Assembly: GCA_963796285.1 (NCBI GenBank)
Contig: CAWCKW010000012.1
Location: 384,001 to 448,000 of the forward strand
Source: Nitrospirota bacterium
GTDB lineage: Bacteria; Nitrospirota; UBA9217
DNA length: 64,000 bases
Direction: 5' to 3'
Part shown: positions 31,550 through 40,682 of the stretch, piece by piece
Position numbering within the stretch: the stretch's first letter is position 1
How the letters are laid out: every line of letters begins with the position of its first letter
The notes under the pieces: model-generated
Told to the model about the DNA's origin: nothing
What the model saw: the letters and a program-made list of their open reading frames with translations, nothing else
Database searches by the model: none
Translations under genes and position numbers: made by a program

Positions 31550-31665
31550 TGTGATCCTCCTCTGATTAAGTTCTTGCACCTGATATTGACATAAGAACGC
31601 TCAAACCTGAAGTCCTGTATTTCCTTTGTACGTTTCCGTCTTCCTGGTCGAACCGTTTATTTGGT

Positions 31666-32406
31666 TTACATGTACATGCCGCCGTTCACATGGATCACCT
31701 GGCCGGTGATGTACGAAGCCCAGGGTGAAGCAAGGAAACGGACGGCATTCGCCACGTCCTCGGGCGTGCCGAGCTTGCCCATGGGGATCTGCTTCGCGAG
31801 TTCTGCCCTGACATTTTCGGACAGTGCCTGCGTCATGGCGGTATCGATAAAACCCGGGGCCACGGCGTTAGCCGTGATGCCGCGGTTCGCATATTCCCTG
31901 GCAATGGTCTTGGTCAGGCCGATGAGACCTGCCTTGGATGCGACGTAGTTCGCCTGTCCCGCATTGCCCATGGCTCCGACGATCGAGGCGATGTTGATGA
32001 TATTCCCGCTCCGCTGTTTGCTCATGTACTTGAGCGCTGCCTTAGTGCACAGGAACGCGCCTTTCAGGTTGATGCTGAGGACCAGGTCCCAGTCCTCGTC
32101 CTTCATCCGGAGGATGAGGCCGTCACGAGTGATGCCGGCGTTGTTCACGAGGATGTCGATCCGTCCGAGCTTCTCGACGACCTGATCGATCATGGCCGTG
32201 ACTTCGGCTGACGCGGCAACGTTCGTCTTGATGGCAAGCGATTTACTGCCTTTTGCTTCGATGTCGGCAACGGTCTTCTGCGCGGCCTCGAGGTTCACAT
32301 CGCAGATAGCGACATCAGCACCGTCGGCCGCAAGCGCGAGCGCGATATCCCTGCCGATGCCCTGTGCCGCTCCGGTGACGAGTGCTGTCTTTCCGCTCAA
32401 ACTCAT
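31666..32406 (-). CDS. fabG: 3-oxoacyl-ACP reductase
   Basis: TGAAQGIG, NNAGITRD, YVASK, NGGMYM. Confidence 0.96.
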   Translation of the reverse strand: MSLSGKTALVTGAAQGIGRDIALALAADGADVAICDVNLEAAQKTVADIEAKGSKSLAIKTNVAASAEVTAMIDQVVEKLGRIDILVNNAGITRDGLILRMKDEDWDLVLSINLKGAFLCTKAALKYMSKQRSGNIINIASIVGAMGNAGQANYVASKAGLIGLTKTIAREYANRGITANAVAPGFIDTAMTQALSENVRAELAKQIPMGKLGTPEDVANAVRFLASPWASYITGQVIHVNGGMYM

Positions 32407-32485
32407 TTTCTGCTCCTCGAACTACTACGCCACGGACCAATGGCAATGTTTTTTGACCCTTGCTACTTGACCAAGGATCCTGTTC

Positions 32486-33418
32486 TTAGAATCCCAGCAC
32501 ATTGAGCGTATCGCTCATGCTCCTTTGATCTTCGACGTTCAGCACTTTTGCGTCTTTTGCGATCCGCTTTACAAGGCCGGAAAGTACCTTGCCGGGTCCG
32601 ATCTCGATAAAAGTATCATAGCCGTCACTGACCATATTTTTGATCGAGTCTTCCCAAAAGAGCGGGGAACTGATCTGTTTGATAAGCGACGTCCTGAGCT
32701 CTGCAGCAGTCCGAATGAACTTCGCTTCCGCGTTATTCACGATAGGGTAGTTCAAATCGCTGATCGTTACCTTGATGAGTTCCTGCTCAAGCCGCTCGCC
32801 CGCCTGCTTCATCATGATACAGTGTGAAGGCACGCTCACCAATAGCGGGATCACTTTTTTCGCGCCGGCGGCCCGGGCAAGCTCCATGGCTTTTTCCACG
32901 GCCTTTTTCTCGCCGGCGATGACGATCTGGCCCGGGGAGTTGTAATTTGCAGGGGCAACTATACCATTTTTGGCGGCTTCATGGCAAGTTTTTTCTACGT
33001 CTTGCCGTTCCATCCCGAGAATGGCCGCCATAAGCCCTTCACCGGCAGGAACGGCCTCCTGCATGTACCTGCCGCGCTTTTGGACCAGCGCCACGGCATC
33101 CCTGAGTTCGAAGCCGCCGGCAGCGGTAATCGCGGTATATTCGCCAAGACTGTGGCCCGCAGCTGCGGTTGCAACAAGGCCTCTTCGTTCCAGCGGCCGG
33201 AGTATTGCGATGCTCGCTGCAAGGATCGCGGGCTGGGTGTTCTCGGTGAGGTTCAGCTTCTCGACCGGTCCGTGCATGCAGAGTTGAAGGAGGTCATAAC
33301 CGAGCACTGAGCTTGCAGTCTCAAAGACTTCTTTGGATTCGTCAAAATTTTCACTGAACTCCTTCGCCATACCAACGTACTGCGAACCCTGGCCGGGAAA
33401 GATGAATGCTATTTTCAT
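32486..33418 (-). CDS. fabD: Malonyl-CoA:ACP transacylase
   Basis: FPGQGSQ, TQPA, GHSLGEY, EIGPGKVL. Confidence 0.96.
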   Translation of the reverse strand: MKIAFIFPGQGSQYVGMAKEFSENFDESKEVFETASSVLGYDLLQLCMHGPVEKLNLTENTQPAILAASIAILRPLERRGLVATAAAGHSLGEYTAITAAGGFELRDAVALVQKRGRYMQEAVPAGEGLMAAILGMERQDVEKTCHEAAKNGIVAPANYNSPGQIVIAGEKKAVEKAMELARAAGAKKVIPLLVSVPSHCIMMKQAGERLEQELIKVTISDLNYPIVNNAEAKFIRTAAELRTSLIKQISSPLFWEDSIKNMVSDGYDTFIEIGPGKVLSGLVKRIAKDAKVLNVEDQRSMSDTLNVLGF

Positions 33419-33419
33419 T

Positions 33420-34610
33420 TTATCCCCGCATGTCCCTGATCTTCCTGATCATGATCGGAAGAACCTCGTGCACATCGCCGACAATACCATAGGTCGCAAC
33501 GCTGAAGATGGGCGCATCGGGGTCCTTATTGATCGCGACAATGACGTCCGATGACTGCATTCCGGCAATATGCTGGATTGCGCCGGAGATACCGCAGGCG
33601 ATGTAGAGCTTGGGGCAGACCGTCTTGCCCGTCTGGCCCACCTGGTGGGAGTAGGGGATCCAACCTTCATCAACGGCTCCCCTTGTTGCGGCAACCGCGC
33701 CTCCCAGCGCTTTTGCGAGTTCCTCAACCAATTGAAAGTTTTTGGCGCTGCCCAGGCCGCGGCCGCCCGCGACAATGATGTCCGCTTCACAGATGTTGAC
33801 GGTCTCTCCCAGTTCCTCCACGGTCTTGATGACCTTGGTGCGGAGATCTCCAGACGGATCATACTTCACGTCAATGATTTCACCGGTCCGTGCGTCATTG
33901 CGCGGCGCCGGTTTCATCACCTTGTGCCTAACCGTGGCCATCTGAGGCCGGTGGTTGGGGGTGACGATCGTGGCCATGATATTTCCGCCAAAGGCCGGAC
34001 GGGTCTGGTGGAGGTGGCCGGTCTCAGCGTCGATATCGAGCACGGTACAGTCTGCGGTAAGGCCGGTGTAGAGCGACGACGCGACCTTGGGAAAGAAGGA
34101 GCGGCCGATCGCCGTTGCACCCGCAAGGATGATCTCTGGCCTGTGCTGTCTCGCGAGCGCTGTCAGGACTCCGGCGTAAGAGTCGTCATTGAAATCTTTG
34201 AGCGACGGATCGTCCGCGACATAAACGATATCTGCGCCGCAGGCAATGAGCTCTTGAGCTTTATTGTGAATTCCGTGGCCGATGAAAACAGCGGCGAGTT
34301 TGGTCTTCCTCTTATCGGCCAGTTTCCTTCCTTCTCCAAGGAGTTCAAGGGCGACGCTGGATATGCCTCCTTTGTGCTGTTCGGCAAAGACCCACACACC
34401 CTTGTAGGCCGAAAGGTCGACAGCCGGGGAAGACGCCTCAACCGTTTTCTCGATAGCCTTGAATTCGCATGCCTCGACGCAGGCGCCGCACATGGTGCAG
34501 GCTTCGGTAATGAACGCCTTGCCGTCGCGCATCTCTATAGCACCGAAAGGGCATACTGATAAGCAGGTTTCGCATGCGGTGCATGTATCCGTTATGACTT
34601 TTACACTCAA
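33420..34610 (-). CDS. etfA: Electron transfer flavoprotein alpha subunit with N-terminal 2x[4Fe-4S] ferredoxin domain
   Basis: CTACETCLSVCP and CTMCGACVEACE; TGLTADCT, QTRPAFGGN, QVGQTGKTV, GISGAIQH; TTG start after AAGGAG. Confidence 0.95.
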   Translation of the reverse strand: MSVKVITDTCTACETCLSVCPFGAIEMRDGKAFITEACTMCGACVEACEFKAIEKTVEASSPAVDLSAYKGVWVFAEQHKGGISSVALELLGEGRKLADKRKTKLAAVFIGHGIHNKAQELIACGADIVYVADDPSLKDFNDDSYAGVLTALARQHRPEIILAGATAIGRSFFPKVASSLYTGLTADCTVLDIDAETGHLHQTRPAFGGNIMATIVTPNHRPQMATVRHKVMKPAPRNDARTGEIIDVKYDPSGDLRTKVIKTVEELGETVNICEADIIVAGGRGLGSAKNFQLVEELAKALGGAVAATRGAVDEGWIPYSHQVGQTGKTVCPKLYIACGISGAIQHIAGMQSSDVIVAINKDPDAPIFSVATYGIVGDVHEVLPIMIRKIRDMRG

Positions 34611-34695
34611 GGGAAGCTCCTTGTAATCAAGGGTCTGGAACCAACAGACGGCAGCGTTGGCCTGACACCTGAATTCCGACTCCCGTCTCCGGTGG

Positions 34696-35481
34696 TTAAA
34701 TAAACGACTGCTCTTTCAGTTTCTTTACTACCGTCGCGGCTTGTTCTTCGAGTGTGCCGGAAAGGATCTCCCGCTGTCCGCGTGGTGCAGGCGGGAATAT
34801 CTTTACCACCTTGGTTGGTGAACCCTTCAAGCCGCACAGATTCTGGTCCGCGTTTATGTCCGCGGCGGTCCAGGAAGTGACCTTGAGGCCCCTGGCTTTC
34901 ATTTTGCCTTTGAGCGAAGGCAGGCGCGGCTGATTGATCTCTTTCACAACGGTGATAAGGGCGGGGAGAGAGGTTTCGACAACATCGTACCCCTCGTCCA
35001 TCATGCGCTCGGCCACCATCTTCGAGTTTGTTATCTGTTCAATTTTTCTGATATAGGCTACGAAGGGAATGCCGAGCATATCAGCGGTTTCGGGGCCGAC
35101 CTGGGCCGTGTCGCCGTCGATAGCCTGTTTCCCGGCGATGATGAGATCGTAAGCGCCGATCTTTTTTATCCCCTGCGAGAGGGCATAGGATGTCGCCCAG
35201 GTATCGGCTCCGGCAAAGGCCCGGTCAGACAGGAGCACGCTGTCGTCCACGCCCAGGGCAACGGCCTCTTTGAGTGAGTCTGCCGCCTGGGGCGGTCCCA
35301 TGGTCACGGCGGTCACCTTGCCGCCGTGCTGTTCGCGCAAACGGAGAGCCTCTTCGATCGCATACATGTCGTAAGGGTTGATGATGCTCGGTACGCCGTC
35401 GCGAATAAGCGTGTTGGTCTCCCGGTTGATCTTGACCTCCGACGTGTCCGGCACCTGTTTTATCAGAACAATGATATTCAT
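34696..35481 (-). CDS. etfB: Electron transfer flavoprotein beta subunit
   Basis: KQVPDT, INPYD, DRAFAGADTWAT, GKQAIDGDTAQVG, GSPTKV. Confidence 0.95.
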   Translation of the reverse strand: MNIIVLIKQVPDTSEVKINRETNTLIRDGVPSIINPYDMYAIEEALRLREQHGGKVTAVTMGPPQAADSLKEAVALGVDDSVLLSDRAFAGADTWATSYALSQGIKKIGAYDLIIAGKQAIDGDTAQVGPETADMLGIPFVAYIRKIEQITNSKMVAERMMDEGYDVVETSLPALITVVKEINQPRLPSLKGKMKARGLKVTSWTAADINADQNLCGLKGSPTKVVKIFPPAPRGQREILSGTLEEQAATVVKKLKEQSFI

Positions 35482-35580
35482 GGTTCCAATCCTCTTGTCA
35501 AAAAGACATCAAGACACAATAGTGTTCTCTGTGCCTTAATGCCTCAGTGGTTTATGTGATCTCTGTGCTCGGTGCTCTGC

Positions 35581-36738
35581 TTACTTCTGTCTCGTTGCTT
35601 CCCTGATCATATCGAGGGCGATAACGTTTCGCTGGATCTGGTTCGTACCCTCGTAGATCTGGAGGATCTTGGCATCGCGCATCATCTTCTCGACGGGATA
35701 TTCCTTCATGTAGCCGGATCCGCCCATGACCTGTACCGCATCGGTCGTGACCTTCATGGCCGTATCGGTGGCGAAGAGCTTCGCCATGGCGGACGCCCGT
35801 GAGAAGTCTTTTGCCCCGCTGTCCATCATGCGGGCCGCGGAATAGACAAGGGCGCGGGCAGCCTCGGTCTGGGTCTGCATGTCCGCGAGCATATGCTGAA
35901 TGGCCTGAAAGGAGGTGATGGGCTGGCCGAACTGGACCCTGCCCTTGGCGAACTTGATGCACTCGTCGATTGCCCCCTGCGAAACGCCTACACCCTGGGC
36001 GCCCACGCCCGCGCGCGAGCAGTCGAGGGTCTTCATGGCCACGATGAAGCCCAGGCCTTCCCGGGCGATGAGGTTTTCTTTGGGGATGCGGCAGTTGTTG
36101 AAGATGAGCTCGGTGGTGGATGAAGCGCGGATGCCCATCTTGTTCTCTTTTTTACCGAAGGTGAATCCTGGAGTGCCCCTCTCCACGATGAAGGCCGAAG
36201 CGCCGCGGGCGCCCTTGGACTTGTCCGTGATGGCAATGACGGTGTATATCTGGGCCTCGCCGCCGTTCGTGATCCACTGTTTAGTGCCGTTCAGCACATA
36301 TTCGTTGCCTTCGAGTTTTGCAGTGGTTTGGATGCCGCTGGCATCGCTGCCCGCATTCGCCTCGGTAAGGCCGAATGCCGCGAGGTTCTTTCCCGATGCG
36401 ATGTCGGGCAGGTATTTCTTCTTCTGCGCCTCGCTGCCATGGAGGAGGATGGGGTAGCTGCCAAGTGCATTGGCTGCATAACTCGTGGATACGCCAACGC
36501 ATGCCTTGGAGATCTCTTCGATGGCGATGTAGAGCTCAAAGCTCTTTTTGCCAAGGCCGCCGTATTCCTCGGGGATGTAGATTCCGAAGAGGTCGGCCTG
36601 TGCCATGGCCTTCATGATATCAGTGGGGAACTTGTTATGCTCATCGAGCTCGGCGCGAACGGGCACGATCTTCTCCACCGCGATCTGCCGTGCAAGGTCT
36701 CGTATCATGATCTGGTCTTCTGTCAGCAAGTAATCCAT
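35581..36738 (-). CDS. Acyl-CoA dehydrogenase (Bcd/CarC-like)
   Basis: FGLTEANAGSD, NGTKQWITN, KMGIRAS, RVQFGQPI, QVMGGSGY, QIYEGTNQIQ (catalytic Glu). Confidence 0.93.
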   Translation of the reverse strand: MDYLLTEDQIMIRDLARQIAVEKIVPVRAELDEHNKFPTDIMKAMAQADLFGIYIPEEYGGLGKKSFELYIAIEEISKACVGVSTSYAANALGSYPILLHGSEAQKKKYLPDIASGKNLAAFGLTEANAGSDASGIQTTAKLEGNEYVLNGTKQWITNGGEAQIYTVIAITDKSKGARGASAFIVERGTPGFTFGKKENKMGIRASSTTELIFNNCRIPKENLIAREGLGFIVAMKTLDCSRAGVGAQGVGVSQGAIDECIKFAKGRVQFGQPITSFQAIQHMLADMQTQTEAARALVYSAARMMDSGAKDFSRASAMAKLFATDTAMKVTTDAVQVMGGSGYMKEYPVEKMMRDAKILQIYEGTNQIQRNVIALDMIREATRQK

Positions 36739-36756
36739 TGAATCCTCCAAAACTAT

Positions 36757-36861
36757 TAATTGGAAATTTAAGATTGAAAATTGGAAATTTTAAATTGCAA
36801 CCCGGAAGGAGCAAAGCATGAGAACGAACACTTTCCAATCTCCAATTTGCAATTTCCAATG
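36757..36861. repeat. Heptamer-periodic imperfect palindrome
   Basis: AAATTGG/AAATTTA/AGATTGA units ... TTCCAAT/CTCCAAT/TTGCAAT units. Confidence 0.7.
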
Positions 36862-36866
36862 AGTTT

Positions 36867-37847
36867 TTACCACCGTACCAGCGCTGATGCCCAGGTAAGG
36901 CCTCCTCCAAATGCTTCGAACAGGAGGAGATGGTTTTCCTTGATTCTGCCATCGCGGACTGCTTCGTCAAGCGCCATGGGGATCGAGGCTGCCGAGGTAT
37001 TGCCATATTTAGGAAGGGTGACCACGACCTTTTCCATCGGCATCTTCAGGCGCTGTGCCATTGCCTGGATGATCCGCAGGTTCGCCTGGTGCGGAATAAG
37101 AAAATCGATCTCTTCCGGTTTGACCTTGTTGTATGCCAGGGTCTCCTGCACAACGCCTTCGAGCGCCAGCACCGCTGCCTTGAAGGTCTCATTCCCCTTC
37201 ATCTTGATAAAGTGCATGCGTTTATGTATGGTCTCGTGCGACGCAGGATGCAGTGCCCCGCCTGCCGGAAGATAGAGGAGATCCCCGAGGGAACCGTCTG
37301 AGTGAAGATGGGTGGAGAGGACCCCGTGTTTGCCGGCCTGCCGCTGGATAACGACCGCGCCCGCCCCATCTCCGAAGAGAATGCACGTGGTCCGGTCCTC
37401 CCAGTCCGTGAAGCGGGAAAGGACCTCAGCACCCACCAGAAGGATACTCTTATACATCCCTGATTTTATGAAAGCATCGGCCACGGAAAGGCCGTAAAGG
37501 AATCCGGAACAGGCTGCATAGATGTCGAAAGCAGCTGCTTTTTTTGCACCGAGCTTTTGCTGGAGCACACAGCCGAGATTCGGCATCAACATGTCCGGTG
37601 TGGTAGTTGCTATCAGGATAAGGTCCAGTTCATTCGCGCCAAGACCCGCCGCTTTCAGTGCCTTTCGGCTTGCCTCGTAAGCGAGATCCGAAGTCGTCTG
37701 CCCCTTTTCCACGATCCTGCGTTCCTTGATGCCGGTGCGCTCCGTGATCCAGTCGTCACTCGTGTCCACCAGCTTCTCGAGGTCGTGATTGGTGATGATC
37801 TTACCCGGTACGTACGACCCGGTCCCTGTTATACGCGCATGAATCAT
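36867..37847 (-). CDS. fabH: 3-oxoacyl-ACP synthase III
   Basis: WITERTGI, AACSGF, FGDGAGA, PHQANLRI, GNTSAAS, FGGGLTW. Confidence 0.96.
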   Translation of the reverse strand: MIHARITGTGSYVPGKIITNHDLEKLVDTSDDWITERTGIKERRIVEKGQTTSDLAYEASRKALKAAGLGANELDLILIATTTPDMLMPNLGCVLQQKLGAKKAAAFDIYAACSGFLYGLSVADAFIKSGMYKSILLVGAEVLSRFTDWEDRTTCILFGDGAGAVVIQRQAGKHGVLSTHLHSDGSLGDLLYLPAGGALHPASHETIHKRMHFIKMKGNETFKAAVLALEGVVQETLAYNKVKPEEIDFLIPHQANLRIIQAMAQRLKMPMEKVVVTLPKYGNTSAASIPMALDEAVRDGRIKENHLLLFEAFGGGLTWASALVRW

Positions 37848-38857
37848 TTGGCTCTGGTCAGCTCCATATTCTTTTCAATATCCGCGCGAAGGTGCTTGTT
37901 GACCTCGCTCTTCGCGAGTTCAGCGGCCACGCGTATGGCGTTTTTAATGGCCCGGTCGGATGAACGGCCATGGCTGATGATGCTGATGCCATTGATGCCG
38001 ACGAGCGGCGCACCGCCGTATTCAGCGTAATCGACACGTCGTTTGAACGATTGGAACGCCGGGCGCATCAAGAGATATCCGAGTTTGCGCATCAGGCTGT
38101 TGCCGATACCTTCGCGAATAAAGAGGCCGATGGCCTCGGCAACGGATTCGGAAACCTTGAGGACGACGTTTCCGACAAAACCGTCGCATACGATCACATC
38201 CGCGTTGCCGGACATGACATCGCGTCCCTCGACATTGCCGATAAAATTGAGTGAGGTCTCGGTCAGGAGCTTGAATGCCTCCTTGGTCAGTTCGTTCCCT
38301 TTCGTCTCTTCTTCGCCGATGGACAGGAGCCCCACACGGGGACTGGGAACCTTTAACAGATACTTTGCGTAGACCTCTCCCATAACAGCGAACTGAAGGA
38401 GGTGATTGGGCTTGCAGTCCACATTCGCGCCCATATCGAGGATGATGGAGGTCCCGGTGATCGTGGGCATGAACGTGGCAATGGCCGGGCGCTCGATCCC
38501 TTCGAGCTTGCCCAGTACAAAGAGGGACGTGGCCATGGCAGCGCCGGTATGTCCCGCGCTGATCACGGCCACCGCTTCGCCGCTCTTCACAAGCTCATTG
38601 GCCACGCGGATGGAAGAATCTTTTTTTCTCCGGAAGACCGTGGCCGGAGAATCGAGCATGTCCACCACCTCGGTGGCGTTCCGGACCTCGAGCGGCAGTG
38701 ATTGCGCATGGGTGTGCTTCTTAAGTTCCGCCTGGATGATCTGTTCAACGCCCACCAGGATGATGCCGACCCCGTACTCCTTCGCTGCCTGTACAGCTCC
38801 GGCGACGACGGCATGGGGTGCATTGTCCCCCCCCATAGCATCAACAGCGATCTTCAT
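37844..38857 (-). CDS. plsX: Phosphate acyltransferase PlsX
   Basis: IAVDAMGGDNAP, SAGHTGA, DMGAN, GEEETKG, CDGFVGN, SHGRS. Confidence 0.96.
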   Translation of the reverse strand: MKIAVDAMGGDNAPHAVVAGAVQAAKEYGVGIILVGVEQIIQAELKKHTHAQSLPLEVRNATEVVDMLDSPATVFRRKKDSSIRVANELVKSGEAVAVISAGHTGAAMATSLFVLGKLEGIERPAIATFMPTITGTSIILDMGANVDCKPNHLLQFAVMGEVYAKYLLKVPSPRVGLLSIGEEETKGNELTKEAFKLLTETSLNFIGNVEGRDVMSGNADVIVCDGFVGNVVLKVSESVAEAIGLFIREGIGNSLMRKLGYLLMRPAFQSFKRRVDYAEYGGAPLVGINGISIISHGRSSDRAIKNAIRVAAELAKSEVNKHLRADIEKNMELTRAK

Positions 38858-38937
38858 ACAAGCTCCCCGCAATATAAAAGGCAAAGAGTCATACCGGAAA
38901 ATACAGTATCATCCCTTTGCCTTCGAGCAAGCGCCGG

Positions 38938-39120
38938 TTATATCTGCTGAACAGTTGCGATCTCGCGGCCGTTGTAGGTGCCGCAGGACAAACAGGCGTG
39001 ATGGGGCTGCTTCACTTCCTGGCATTGCGGACAGGCTGAGAGATTGGGTGCCTTGAGGTGCTTGTGGGTGCGTCTCTTGTCCCTGCGAGATTTGGATGTT
39101 TTGTGTTTTGGGTTCGCCAT
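38938..39120 (-). CDS. rpmF: 50S ribosomal protein L32
   Basis: MANPKHKTSKSRRDKRR, CPQC, PHHACLSCG. Confidence 0.97.
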   Translation of the reverse strand: MANPKHKTSKSRRDKRRTHKHLKAPNLSACPQCQEVKQPHHACLSCGTYNGREIATVQQI

Positions 39121-39140
39121 GATGCGTGTATTACTCCTTC

Positions 39141-39656
39141 TTATTTTTTCAACAAATCCTTTAATGCGGAAAATGCTCCGAATTCACCTGCACTGTCCTT
39201 CTTGCAACCACAGTCCGTTTCATTCAGGTCCGTTCCGCAGACGGGACAGAGGCCCTTGCAGTTGGGAAGATGGAGCGGAACCATGGGGATGGAAATCAGC
39301 AACTGCTCTTTTACCAGATCGAGGGGCTCTATCTCCTCGCCCTGGTAGAACTCCACGTCAAGCTCTGACCGATCAAGTTCATGCTCCGGGGAAGTCCCCA
39401 GAGCTTTCTCCGGTGCAAGGGTTATATCCAGTTCCGTATCGATGTGATACGAAAAAACTTTCAAGCAACGGCTGCACTCGAACTCCGGGTCAGCCTGAAC
39501 ACGGCCTTTTACGTGGAGGCCGCCCGCACCCGTCGGCTTGATGCCAAGAACGGCCGCAACGGCGGTGGATGCTTTCCCGGTGTCGAACAGGTCGAGCTTC
39601 TGGTTCAGTTCCAGTGCAAGCCCCTCTGGCGGTATATCGCTGATCTTCATGCCCAT
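39141..39656 (-). CDS. yceD: YceD/DUF177 family protein
   Basis: CSRCL, CKGLCPVCGTDLNETDCGC, FSALKDL; directly upstream of rpmF. Confidence 0.92.
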   Translation of the reverse strand: MGMKISDIPPEGLALELNQKLDLFDTGKASTAVAAVLGIKPTGAGGLHVKGRVQADPEFECSRCLKVFSYHIDTELDITLAPEKALGTSPEHELDRSELDVEFYQGEEIEPLDLVKEQLLISIPMVPLHLPNCKGLCPVCGTDLNETDCGCKKDSAGEFGAFSALKDLLKK

Positions 39657-39819
39657 TTTGATGACTCTGGAGGCTGCAACGCTGTAAGTGTCGGATTATA
39701 AGGGGAAGCTCCGGTTTTGTCAAGAAGAAATGCAGATTCGCCGGGGGGCAGAGGTCAGGAGCCGGTAATCAGAAACATGGCAATAGATCATGCTGTTTTA
39801 TGCCCCGTCCCGCACCCAT

Positions 39820-39999
39820 CTCGCCGAACAGGGGTTTATGTCAATGAGAACACTGTGGATCAGGATTCGCCATGCGGCTACGGCGTCCTGAGCCTGCCCG
39901 AAGGATAATTTCCGCGAACCGCCCGGTGCATTTGCGCGCCAGAAGGAAGTCCCCTTGGGGGGGCCCCGCACGCCGGGTGGTGTGGGGGCTGGGGGAGAA
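39820..39999 (+). mobile_element. 3' remnant of a group IIC intron (RT C-terminus, domain V, start of domain VI)
   Basis: LAEQGFMSMRTLWIRIRHAATAS* (39820-39891), then AACCGCCCGGTGC...GCACGCCGGGTGGTGTGGGGGCTGGGGGAGAA with CGC catalytic triad. Confidence 0.7.
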
Positions 40000-40023
40000 C
40001 ACACGCTTGACGCGCCACCTTTT
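39998..40023 (-). mobile_element. Half attC site (R'/L' arm)
   Basis: AACACACGCTTGACGCGCCACCTTTT closely resembles AACGCGCGGCTGACGCGCCGCCTTTT of the attC at 41530. Confidence 0.55.
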
Positions 40024-40302
40024 TATCTCTTTTGCAGTTGATGAGTGGGTTACATGATATAAATCCCAAGCCAGCTGCAAATTAAGCCAAAACTGCGCCT
40101 CCATGCCAAATAGTTTCTCCAGACGAAGTGCTGTGTCAGGGGTGATTCCCCGCTTCGCATGAATCAGTTCATTAACGCGAGGATATGAAACTCCGAGCTT
40201 TTCCGCCAACTCGCTCTGTGTTATTTTCAGAGGCTTGAGAAACTCCTCCAACAGCATTTCGCCGGGATGCGTCGGCGGACCATATTTAGGTATACGTACC
40301 AT
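40018..40302 (-). CDS. higA: HigA family antitoxin; natural 3' end deleted, reads through to 39841
   Basis: PTHPGEMLLEEFLKP, RVNELI..KRGITPDTALRL, FWLNLQLAWDL. Confidence 0.88.
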
Positions 40303-40320
40303 CTTCTTCTCCTTCACTCG

Positions 40321-40613
40321 TCAGTGGTAATCGGTGATTTCCACGTTTTCTACGCCATCATCCGTCCACACAAAACAAACGCGGAACTGATCGTTAATCC
40401 GTATGCTATGTTGACCCTTCCGATCATGCTTAAGGGCTTCCAGTAAATTCCCCGGCGGAATTTTCAAGATTCCAGGGAAACAACTCCATTTAGCTGTTCA
40501 AGCTTACGCTGTGCTATACGCCAGATTTGCTGCGGACAGGTTTCTCTGGCTTCTTTGGTGTTTCTTCTGTCAAAGATGTCCTCAGTGCCCTTGTCGCGAA
40601 ACGATTTTATCAC
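40321..40613 (-). pseudogene. higB: HigB/RelE family toxin, -1 frameshift near 40467
   Basis: GTG-IKSFRDKGTEDIF...AQRKL, then LKIPPGNLLEALKHDRKGQHSIRINDQFRVCFVW...ITDYH*. Confidence 0.85.
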
Positions 40614-40650
40614 CAGGCGTCCCCATCGGCTTAAGCCATCACTACGATAG

Positions 40651-40679
40651 ATTATAACGGATACCGTTATATATGGCAA
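40651..40679 (-). promoter_or_regulatory. higBA promoter with overlapping palindromic operator
   Basis: Minus strand TTGCCA-17 nt-TATAAT; palindrome TATAACGG-ATA-CCGTTATA at 40653-40671. Confidence 0.8.
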
Positions 40680-40682
40680 CAG

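Noticed and set aside
22670-34559. Long antisense ORFs (22670-23572, 23914-24666, 33570-34559)
   Set aside because: Shadow frames of well-conserved genes with GC-rich third positions; no recognisable motifs.
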